DNA of 64,000 nt from Methanobacteriota archaeon (GTDB lineage Archaea > Thermoplasmatota > Poseidoniia > Poseidoniales > Thalassarchaeaceae). Made by a program: the position numbers and the translations under genes. Each line of letters starts with the position of its first letter. Position 1 is the first letter of the stretch. Positions 52,737 to 60,756 of this stretch are shown piece after piece. The DNA is taken from assembly GCA_002726275.1 (NCBI GenBank), contig PBSO01000025.1, positions 2,147-66,146 of the forward strand, read 5' to 3'. Below the pieces are notes generated by a model. It saw only the letters and a program-made list of their open reading frames with translations. It was not told the origin of the DNA and did no database searches.

Positions 52737-53593
52737 TTATGGCTAGGAAATTCAAGCTCAGACCCATTGAAGGGGACGATTCTGGATCTGATGCTGAAGC
52801 TCCTTTCATAGATAGGAGAGAGTTCATGAGGCACTCATTTAATACTGCAGCCGGAGTAATAACAGTGGCTAGCCTAGGAAGTGTTGGATTCGCTTCTTTG
52901 TTAATGGGGCAATCAGAATCATCCGGAGGAGATTCGGCCGTTAGATACTGGGTTCCGACAGGTGCTGAGGACACAGTCTGGTATGGCGACAGCCACCTAG
53001 AGGCGATGACATACCAGTCATTCGTCGATGCTGCTGCAAGTTCATCAACTGGGATGGCGGCAGCCCAGGGAGTTTGGTCAGGCATGCCAATCAACGCCAT
53101 CTACGTCCCCCATGATGAGAATAAGACAGAGTCACTGGTTGAGAACAAGCCAAGATTCCAATTCCTAGATGGGTACTCGGTAGATGGGGGATATGTGGGG
53201 TCCGGATTTGAGATGGAGGATGACTCACAATACGAACCCCTGAGAGTCCACGACAACCTAATCATAGTTTTCTCAAGGTGCCCCCACTTGTGCTGCATAC
53301 CCGGTTGGCAACTGGTCGCAAATGAGTTCACTGCAGACCAATGGTTCCCCAACGGAACTGATTCGGGCGGCAATAAGCTCTTCTGTATCTGCCATTCTTC
53401 AAGATTCGATCCTACTGTTATTGAGAAAAACCGGAATACAAATCGCTCTGATGGTTCTCAGTTCGAGTACTTCGGGATAAAGAGAGTGGGGGGCCCTGCT
53501 CCCGTGGGCATGCCGCTGGTTCCATTCGTACTAAATGGTGATATGATTGAGGCACTTCCTGATTTCAAAGACTGGTATGCATATTGTGACTGA
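52733..53593 (+). CDS. petC: Rieske 2Fe-2S subunit of a Rieske/cytochrome b complex
   Basis: Tat signal DRREFM + TM; boxes CPHLCC and CICHSSRF; GGPAP..P. Confidence 0.9.
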   Translation: MIMARKFKLRPIEGDDSGSDAEAPFIDRREFMRHSFNTAAGVITVASLGSVGFASLLMGQSESSGGDSAVRYWVPTGAEDTVWYGDSHLEAMTYQSFVDAAASSSTGMAAAQGVWSGMPINAIYVPHDENKTESLVENKPRFQFLDGYSVDGGYVGSGFEMEDDSQYEPLRVHDNLIIVFSRCPHLCCIPGWQLVANEFTADQWFPNGTDSGGNKLFCICHSSRFDPTVIEKNRNTNRSDGSQFEYFGIKRVGGPAPVGMPLVPFVLNGDMIEALPDFKDWYAYCD

Positions 53594-53598
53594 GGTGA
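53592..53598 (+). promoter_or_regulatory. Shine-Dalgarno site for the cytochrome b gene
   Basis: GAGGTGA, 4 nt upstream of ATG 53603; complementary to the archaeal 16S 3' end. Confidence 0.6.
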
Positions 53599-53602
53599 AA
53601 GG

Positions 53603-54469
53603 ATGATTCAATTTTGGTTCCTATGGCTGTTCATCGCTATTGTCGTGGTAATTGTCGCACTGACTCTGAGAAAGGAGCGGGAGGAAATGCCTCGAAAGGA
53701 CATTCTGAGAGCCGTTGAAACGAGTGCTGGCAGTATGGGCCTAGCAGAAAAAACGTTCCTTTGGGCGTTCTCATGGTTGGATACCCGGTTCAGAATTCAG
53801 GACTATTGGGGGATGAGCAGGGATGCTTACTATGGAATGCACAGGCAAATGCCTATGACGCACGCTGAAAAATATAAACTCAGAATAATCTGGTATTGGT
53901 ACCCCTTGTATTGTCTGGGCGGAATCTCGTTCCTGGCATTCGTCATACTGGTAATCACTGGAACTGTTCTTGGATTATATTATGTCCCGGGAGGAGAGGG
54001 GGATCCCACTCCTGCATACAGCAGCATGGAATTCATCATGACTCAATTGCCATTTGGGTACATCATTCGATCAATCCACCATTGGACTACACACTTCATG
54101 GTGGCAGCTGTATTCCTGCACATGTGCAGAGTTTACTTCACAGGAGCATACAGGAATCCAAGGGAGTTGAACTGGCTAATTGGGGTGGCTCTTATGTTCT
54201 TCACCATTTTCTTTGGCTATTCGGGATACTTGCTCCCCTGGGACAGTTTGGCATTTGGTGCAGCTACCATTGGAATCAACATGGCCATGAGTACGCCTCT
54301 GATTGGAGAGTGGGTAGCAAATGCGATGTTTGCTGGTACATCCCTGTCGGGACAGACAGTAACGAGGATGTATTTCCTCCATGTTTTCATACTGCCCGTG
54401 GTTGTTACCGCGTTGATTCTTGCCCATCTCTTCATAGTCTGGGCCCAAGGAATTGCGGAGCCGCATTGA
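53603..54469 (+). CDS. petB: Cytochrome b6-type (N-terminal, split) cytochrome b
   Basis: YCLGG, RSIHHW...FLHMCRV, GYLLPWD, FLHVF...LAHL (four heme-b His), ends GIAEPH like b6. Confidence 0.92.
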   Translation: MIQFWFLWLFIAIVVVIVALTLRKEREEMPRKDILRAVETSAGSMGLAEKTFLWAFSWLDTRFRIQDYWGMSRDAYYGMHRQMPMTHAEKYKLRIIWYWYPLYCLGGISFLAFVILVITGTVLGLYYVPGGEGDPTPAYSSMEFIMTQLPFGYIIRSIHHWTTHFMVAAVFLHMCRVYFTGAYRNPRELNWLIGVALMFFTIFFGYSGYLLPWDSLAFGAATIGINMAMSTPLIGEWVANAMFAGTSLSGQTVTRMYFLHVFILPVVVTALILAHLFIVWAQGIAEPH

Positions 54470-54478
54470 GGAATCATT

Positions 54479-57268
54479 ATGGGGATCGTAGAAAGGTTTG
54501 GAAGGATTGCTGATACATACATCAGCGAACGCGACAAGCTCCTAGAGGCAGAGACTGAGCGTAGGAGGACATTCATTGGCCATCCTTTCTGGCCCACAGA
54601 GGTCCTAAGGGATACAATCATACTTGCATCAATAGTAATGGTAATCGCATTCTATTCTTGGTTGATACCCCCTCCCCTACACAGTGCGGCAGACCCCTTT
54701 GCACAAGCAGGATTCGTTTTCCCAGACTGGTATGTTCTTTTCTCATATGGGTACCTTAGGTGGGGCGAGTATCTCCCACAATTCGTCATACCTGCAGGCC
54801 CTATTGGTGAGTTCTTTGGATCTCCCGTGATAAACTGGAACTCAGCTTGGTGGGGTGCGGCAATTACTGGACTACCTGTAGGAATACTGGCCTTGCCACC
54901 TTTCCTCCCCGGGAGGGAGAAGAGAGGTGTTGAGGATCCTTGGTTCGCCACTGCTGGAGCTGTTTACCTAGCGCACGTGTGGTTCATCTCAGTATTCTCC
55001 ATCAATATCTTCCTTGACCTGTATGCAAAAGACCGTTCTGACTTCTGCTTTGTTGGAACGCATGGAGAGTTCCTTTGTGGAAGGCAGTCTCCATGGTCTG
55101 CTGAAGTATTCAACGCGATACCGTGGATACTAACAGGTGTTTTCATATTCGCCATTATTTTCTTCCCCCTTAGAAAATTCTTGCTGAACTCAGTTGGATC
55201 AAGGGTGACTCCAAAAATCGGAAGGCAGGTCGCCGTAGGTTCACTCATTGCCGCGATATTGATCTCAGTTGCAACATGGCCCATCTACGAGGGTGGATTC
55301 TGGGATTACGGAGGTCTTGGGGCCATGGACGACGTTGAAGATCTTGATGGGATGAGGGGGCAGCCTTCAGATACCCTGGTCCATCAGGAACAAGGCAACG
55401 TTTGGGATGATTGGGGAAGTGAGTGTCTGCTATACGAGGACAGTTCGTACCTAGCAGCCTGGTCGGGATTAAGTAGTGAGGAAGACCCTGATGACTGGTG
55501 TGTTATTCCTGCCGAAAATTGGGTTGATTGGGGACTTTATCAACCCACGAAACTCCATTTGATTGACTATTCCGGTGCTAATGGGCATGCAGATTCAAGC
55601 ATTGGAAGAAACGCGGCTGAGGGATCTTCTTCTTACTTTGGTGATTCCTCTTTGGCCGAAGTAAGCTATGACGAGTCATCTACATTCGAAGTTGAGGATC
55701 TCGGTATTTCATCGGTGCCAGTAGATGTTGGATGCCTATTCAGAACAACTGTGAGGGGAGCTGGAGAACATACGCAGAGCCTAGTAATGAGTGATTCTAG
55801 TGGCGACATAGTATGGGAGAATGATGGAGCATCATGTGAAACTGGTACGGTATACGTCAATTCTGGATCGACATATACAATTTCTTTTTCGGTGACGACG
55901 ACTGGAATGAACGAGAGTGTTGAGGTGATTACTAGTTTCTCAGCAGTTGCTTACCAGCCCCTCCTCCTAGATGACGATGGAACTGCCCTTGTACGTTCAC
56001 AGAGTGACCTAGGTGCCTCTGATTTATCATCGCTGTCCGTAGAGAACCCAACCTATCACAAGAATCCAAAGAGTCTTGATGCCAAGCTGATTTACTCACT
56101 ATTCATCCCTTGTCTCGGAGTCGGGGCAATAGTTTTCATGCTCATGCGTAGCATGGCCAGGGGATATGAGTATGAGATGAACAAATGCTATGGCTGCGAT
56201 CTCTGTGATGATGCTTGTCCCGTGAGGCTTTTCAACGCCGGAGACAAACTAAACATCATCTACAACACATGGAATAATGAGGATGACGGAGTTCCCCTTT
56301 ACTCTTGTCTGACCTGTTCTGCTTGCACCAACGCTTGTCCGCAACTGGTCGATTATGACTCATATGTCGATATCAGGAGGAACATGATAGTAGGGGGGCC
56401 CCCTGCATCAGAGATACCCCACACAGTCCTCCAAGCAGTTTTGGCTGCGGAGGCCGAGGAGGATTCCGATTCGGACTTTATCTCCGTAGATGAATATCCG
56501 ATTGATTCCAACATTGGCTACTACCCTGGTTGTGTTGATTACCTTGACCAAGAGATGATTTTCAGCCACTTGAACGAAGGATCGATGAACTTGGGCGATG
56601 CAACGACATCTGCATTCACGCTATTTGAAGAAATGGGAGAAGAGGTGACATACCTCGGCAGAGACTTCCTGAAGTGCTGTGGTCACGATCAAAAGTGGCA
56701 AGGCATGACTGAGGTGTTTGAGAAACTAAAGGCATACAACCAGAAGAAGTTGGGAGAGAGTGGGGTCGATACATTGGTGACTTCGTGTGCAGAATGCTTC
56801 AGGACTTTTGCTCTTGACTACGAACTAGATGAAATGAAGGTCATGCACACTACCGAATTCTTAATTGAAAGTGGATTTGATATGAATCTGAGTGCGGAAG
56901 AAGATGTCACAGTGACATTCCATGACCCCTGTAGGTTAGGAAGGCAAATGAACATCTATGACCAACCAAGAGACTTGATCTCGGGCGTAGAGGGAGTGAG
57001 CCTGGTTGAAATGGAGCATCATGGCGAAGATGCATTGTGCTGTGGAGTATCCAGCATGATGAGTTGTAATGAGAATAGTCGGGCCCTCAGGGTGCAACGT
57101 TTCGAAGAGGTGAATGCCACCGGAGCCGATATCATGCTGACATCATGCCCGAAGTGTGTTTCGCACTTTGAATGCCTGAAGTTCGAAGGTGATCCTAGGC
57201 ATGATTTCGAGATTCTAGACGTTGTAAGTTTCCTAGCCAGGCAAGTTCAATCGGGCAAGTCCGATTAG
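54479..57268 (+). CDS. Cytochrome b subunit IV (PetD-like) fused to an extracytoplasmic domain and an HdrC/HdrD-like Fe-S oxidoreductase
   Basis: PFWP, ADPF..FPDWY (Qo motif), six TMs, two CxxCxxCxxxCP motifs and two complete CCG domains (YPGC/CCG/CAEC and HDPC/CCG/CPKC). Confidence 0.85.
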   Translation: MGIVERFGRIADTYISERDKLLEAETERRRTFIGHPFWPTEVLRDTIILASIVMVIAFYSWLIPPPLHSAADPFAQAGFVFPDWYVLFSYGYLRWGEYLPQFVIPAGPIGEFFGSPVINWNSAWWGAAITGLPVGILALPPFLPGREKRGVEDPWFATAGAVYLAHVWFISVFSINIFLDLYAKDRSDFCFVGTHGEFLCGRQSPWSAEVFNAIPWILTGVFIFAIIFFPLRKFLLNSVGSRVTPKIGRQVAVGSLIAAILISVATWPIYEGGFWDYGGLGAMDDVEDLDGMRGQPSDTLVHQEQGNVWDDWGSECLLYEDSSYLAAWSGLSSEEDPDDWCVIPAENWVDWGLYQPTKLHLIDYSGANGHADSSIGRNAAEGSSSYFGDSSLAEVSYDESSTFEVEDLGISSVPVDVGCLFRTTVRGAGEHTQSLVMSDSSGDIVWENDGASCETGTVYVNSGSTYTISFSVTTTGMNESVEVITSFSAVAYQPLLLDDDGTALVRSQSDLGASDLSSLSVENPTYHKNPKSLDAKLIYSLFIPCLGVGAIVFMLMRSMARGYEYEMNKCYGCDLCDDACPVRLFNAGDKLNIIYNTWNNEDDGVPLYSCLTCSACTNACPQLVDYDSYVDIRRNMIVGGPPASEIPHTVLQAVLAAEAEEDSDSDFISVDEYPIDSNIGYYPGCVDYLDQEMIFSHLNEGSMNLGDATTSAFTLFEEMGEEVTYLGRDFLKCCGHDQKWQGMTEVFEKLKAYNQKKLGESGVDTLVTSCAECFRTFALDYELDEMKVMHTTEFLIESGFDMNLSAEEDVTVTFHDPCRLGRQMNIYDQPRDLISGVEGVSLVEMEHHGEDALCCGVSSMMSCNENSRALRVQRFEEVNATGADIMLTSCPKCVSHFECLKFEGDPRHDFEILDVVSFLARQVQSGKSD

Positions 57269-57528
57269 CCGAAAGCTAACCATGCTGAATAGCTTGAGAG
57301 TATGGCATTTAACAAAATTCCAATAATTGTGAATTTTGCCACTCTGGAGTTCCGATACCCCAATGCTGTAAGCCAGATGAAAAATCCAATTAGTCCGCCG
57401 CAAGCAAATGATATCCAAGCTACCTCTGGAGTCAAGAATAGAACCATTGCTAACCAAATTAGGATGCCTTGCAAAAGCCCTAGTAGGGAAAGAGGGTCGA
57501 AATACCAAGGAGTATTTTCACTTTCCAT
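57265..57528 (-). CDS. Small 3-TM membrane protein
   Basis: 87 aa, hydrophobic; 4-nt convergent overlap with the fusion gene. Confidence 0.55.
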   Translation of the reverse strand: MESENTPWYFDPLSLLGLLQGILIWLAMVLFLTPEVAWISFACGGLIGFFIWLTALGYRNSRVAKFTIIGILLNAILSSYSAWLAFG

Positions 57529-57610
57529 GGTGCTCGCAAAGAGTGCACGTCATCAATATGACTGGATTCACGACCGCATAATTGAGAACCGATGACCAAC
57601 AGGGAGGGGT

Positions 57611-57943
57611 GTGACGGGCATTCCGGACCTAGAGGCGCGAAGGGCATCTCAACAGAAAAGGATCAGGATGATGCTCGATGCAATGAAGGCAGAGGACCAA
57701 GCCAAACTAAAGGGAGGCGAAAGCGCTGTTGCTTGGGTCAAAGAAGAGCAATGCATCGGATGCGACCAATGCACCATCGTATGCGATGATGATGCTATAG
57801 AATTGTACGATTCCCCATTAGCCAGTCCGATAATGGATATTGAAGTGAACAGAAAGGCCAAGATAATTCGTGAGGAGTGTACAGGGTGCCAGCTTTGTGT
57901 CTTGGCGTGCCCCACGGATGCGATACTGATGATTGACAGGTGA
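57611..57943 (+). CDS. 2x[4Fe-4S] ferredoxin with helical N-extension
   Basis: CIGCDQCTIVC and CTGCQLCVLACP; GGAGGGGG RBS before GTG. Confidence 0.88.
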   Translation: MTGIPDLEARRASQQKRIRMMLDAMKAEDQAKLKGGESAVAWVKEEQCIGCDQCTIVCDDDAIELYDSPLASPIMDIEVNRKAKIIREECTGCQLCVLACPTDAILMIDR

Positions 57944-57947
57944 TGTA

Positions 57948-58241
57948 ATGGCTAGTGATGACCCAATTAGATTCGGCGCGGAATTTGGACCCAAAAGAAC
58001 AGAAAGGACAACTGGAGTATCTCTATCGACGTTCAAGAACCTAGTCTGGGTTTCCAACTTGGGAGGTCTTATTCTATGTGCCATAGCACTAGAATTCATG
58101 ATTACTGGCCAATTCCTCCTTGGCCTTGGATGTATGGTTGCAGGTGTCGCAATTGCCCTTTTCCCATCGAACTATGAGATTGTTGGGATGGAAGAGTCAT
58201 TTGAAATGAAAGAGGGTTCTGAAAGTGAAGAAGTCCAATAG
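57948..58241 (+). CDS. Small 2-TM membrane protein
   Basis: AGGTGA RBS before ATG 57948; two TMs. Confidence 0.6.
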   Translation: MASDDPIRFGAEFGPKRTERTTGVSLSTFKNLVWVSNLGGLILCAIALEFMITGQFLLGLGCMVAGVAIALFPSNYEIVGMEESFEMKEGSESEEVQ

Positions 58242-58533
58242 AGATTTGACGAATTCTCTCGTCGGTACTGAATTCCAGAAATTGGTCTGGAGAGAATTGT
58301 TGAAAATTCCCAGAGGGGAAGTCAGAACATACAAGGAGATAGCCATATCAATAGGCCGTCCTAATTCATCCAGAGCTGTGGCTAATGCATGTGCTAGAAA
58401 CCCGTATGCACCGGATGTCCCTTGTCACAGAGTAATTCGCTCAAATGGGGAAATTGGAGGATACAGCTACCCTGGAGGCGTTTCCCTGAAGATCTCTTTG
58501 CTGGTAAATGAGGGTGCGATATTCCCTCGGTAA
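58225..58533 (+). CDS. ogt: O6-alkylguanine DNA alkyltransferase (C-terminal domain only)
   Basis: TEFQKLVW..IPRGEVRTY, RAVANACARNP, active-site PCHRV. Confidence 0.88.
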   Translation: MKKSNRDLTNSLVGTEFQKLVWRELLKIPRGEVRTYKEIAISIGRPNSSRAVANACARNPYAPDVPCHRVIRSNGEIGGYSYPGGVSLKISLLVNEGAIFPR

Positions 58534-58541
58534 CAAGATAG

Positions 58542-58643
58542 TCAGAAATAGACAATAAAAATTGCCAATGATGCAACTGATGCTATGACCCATGCCATGA
58601 TGTAAGTAGACTGGCTCAACTCTCCGTTGTTCCCATCGCTCAT
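58542..58643 (-). CDS. Putative 33-aa single-TM microprotein
   Basis: Manual translation MSDGNNGELSQSTYIMAWVIASVASLAIFIVYF*; fills the gap between ogt and the kinase gene. Confidence 0.45.
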   Translation of the reverse strand: MSDGNNGELSQSTYIMAWVIASVASLAIFIVYF

Positions 58644-58686
58644 GGCCCTTCGAGAGTAAAGAAGGCTGTAAATCTAACCCGGCTGA

Positions 58687-59331
58687 CTACAGGAATGGAT
58701 ACATGATTACCAGTGCAGCCAGTGGTATCAGAATCATTGTTGCATTATCGTCTATGTACTTCAGAGAAGGCAATTCTCCCAAAACCGTAAATGGGGCCAG
58801 TACCAGTGCGGCTAACAGAGGCGTGCCGATCCATAAGTGGCAACCCAACCAAACAGTGAATGAGACCATTGTGCCAGCAACAATTGCTGTATTGAGGTCT
58901 TTCTTTATTCTCTTCACCTCGCCCATAACAGGATCCACAAAGGTCAATCCAAAAATCAGAGGAATACCATAAATCCCCCTCTCAATACCGGCTCCATCGC
59001 CCTCAGGGACGATTAGCAAGGCCAAGGCAACGGCTATTCCGCCCCATGCAAATGCGGAAATCTGTTCGGCCTCGTATTCCCTTTGGCCCACTACCACAAT
59101 CCCCCACCTAAGTCTAATGATTTCTAATAACAGAATAATGATCACTATCACACTAACTAGTTCTCTTGAGGAGATTGATAGGTAATCACCCATTTGATCC
59201 CCCTTCGTGTAATAAAGAATGGGAATCAGTGACATTGCGACATGGGTGAACCTTCTGAATGCATGACCACCGAATCCACCCACTGAATGGCCAACATGAT
59301 CGATGTCAAATGGAACTTCGGGCTCGGTCAT
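58687..59331 (-). CDS. Dolichol/phytol kinase-like CTP-dependent membrane kinase
   Basis: FRRFTH, REYE..ISA, FVDP..G, IDDNAT; multi-TM. Confidence 0.7.
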   Translation of the reverse strand: MTEPEVPFDIDHVGHSVGGFGGHAFRRFTHVAMSLIPILYYTKGDQMGDYLSISSRELVSVIVIIILLLEIIRLRWGIVVVGQREYEAEQISAFAWGGIAVALALLIVPEGDGAGIERGIYGIPLIFGLTFVDPVMGEVKRIKKDLNTAIVAGTMVSFTVWLGCHLWIGTPLLAALVLAPFTVLGELPSLKYIDDNATMILIPLAALVIMYPFL

Positions 59332-59344
59332 GGCATCACCGGAG

Positions 59345-60208
59345 TCAACTCAGCAATCTGTCTAATGCCTCATCCAGTGTTATACTTCCGGTTTCTAAAT
59401 CATCTAGCACGTCATCTAGCCCATCCGACATGATAAGCCGCGAGTCCCATATAGAAAGTAGTCTTTCAGTTATCCTTAGCCTGTTTCTCCAATCTGGTGA
59501 GGAGCATTTCTCAATTGCGACTACTAACTCCTCGACCCCCGATGAATTATGCGCTGAAACTAGATGTACTTCTGGGCGATTTTTATCGTTTCCCAATTCG
59601 AGCGAGGAACGAATTGAATCTGCTGCCCTTCTGGCACCTGGCTTATCTGACTTGTTGACTGCAATAATATCTGCGAGTTCTATGATGCCAGCCTTCTCGG
59701 CTTGTATGATGTCCCCCCTGTCAGGCCCATCAACCATCAGCACCCTATCGGCAAATGCAACTATTCTAGTCTCAGCCTGGCCAGATCCGACGGTCTCAAT
59801 GATTATTCTTGACCATCCGCAGTAACAGAGTAAATCGGCCATTGGAGACAAGAGGTGGGAGACTCCCCCTGGGTGACCCCGTGTAGCTAGGGATCTGAAG
59901 AAAACTGCGTCCCCTGAATCGGCTGAATCCATCCTCATTCGGTCTGCAAGAAGGGCCCCCCCGCTTCTGGGCGATGAGGGATCTACTGCCAATACTGCTA
60001 CCTTCTCGCCATTGTCCGCCCAGTACTCAACCAGTTTTCCAATTAGTGTGGACTTTCCCACTCCCGGAGGACCGGTGACTCCCAATGTCCAAGGCATCAC
60101 CTCTGGCAGTCCCAGTAGTTCGCCCTCTTCAATTCTGGAGAGGAGCCTAGCTAGAGACCTACGATCGCCCGATAGAGCAGCCTCAATTTGCTCTCCCAGA
60201 GGCGTCAC
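59345..60208 (-). CDS. meaB: MeaB/ArgK methylmalonyl-CoA mutase-associated GTPase
   Basis: GVTGPPGVGKST, AVDPSSPRSGGALLADR, IETVGSGQ, NKSD. GTG start overlaps the upstream TGA. Confidence 0.92.
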   Translation of the reverse strand: MTPLGEQIEAALSGDRRSLARLLSRIEEGELLGLPEVMPWTLGVTGPPGVGKSTLIGKLVEYWADNGEKVAVLAVDPSSPRSGGALLADRMRMDSADSGDAVFFRSLATRGHPGGVSHLLSPMADLLCYCGWSRIIIETVGSGQAETRIVAFADRVLMVDGPDRGDIIQAEKAGIIELADIIAVNKSDKPGARRAADSIRSSLELGNDKNRPEVHLVSAHNSSGVEELVVAIEKCSSPDWRNRLRITERLLSIWDSRLIMSDGLDDVLDDLETGSITLDEALDRLLS

Positions 60209-60642
60209 TCCCAACGCCATCCCGCCGACTGCCCGACACCTATTGGTTCGCCTTTCTCAATACGGTCATTACAAGCATCTAGGAAACTTAGAATTTCATC
60301 GGTTCGAGAGCCAGGTCCGAATATTGCCCTGACTCCCTGTTCAAAAACAAATTCTCTATCCCTATTGGGGATTATTCCCCCTGCGAAAACCATGACATCC
60401 CCAAGTCCTGCTTCACGGAGTCCATCACATATCTTTGGAATCAGAACGTCATGGGCACCCGATAGCGTAGAAAGACCGAGCGCCGATACATCCTCATCTG
60501 TGACGATACGGATAATCTCGGCAGGGGTCCTCCGTAAGCCTGTGTAGACGACTTCGTGACCACCGTCCCTCAGGGCCCGTGCAATTACCTTGGCCCCCCT
60601 ATCGTGACCATCGAGACCGGGTTTTGCGACCACTATTCGCAT
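60205..60642 (-). CDS. Methylmalonyl-CoA mutase cobalamin-binding subunit
   Basis: AKPGLDGHDRGAK, S.LSGAH, GGIIP, FGPGS. Start MRIV at 60642. Confidence 0.92.
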   Translation of the reverse strand: MRIVVAKPGLDGHDRGAKVIARALRDGGHEVVYTGLRRTPAEIIRIVTDEDVSALGLSTLSGAHDVLIPKICDGLREAGLGDVMVFAGGIIPNRDREFVFEQGVRAIFGPGSRTDEILSFLDACNDRIEKGEPIGVGQSAGWRWE

Positions 60643-60756
60643 ACTGTCTTCACATCTGCGAGTTGGTGACATGTCTTCAAGCAACCGCAGTATCGATATT
60701 TTGTCGTACTTCACTCAGGAAGGCATATTGACGGCCTCGTCCGTAATGGTACTGTA

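Noticed and set aside
58225-58533. Alkyltransferase-like (Atl) protein or pseudogene call for the short ogt
   Set aside because: The active-site Cys (PCHR) is intact, and single-domain MGMT proteins are common.
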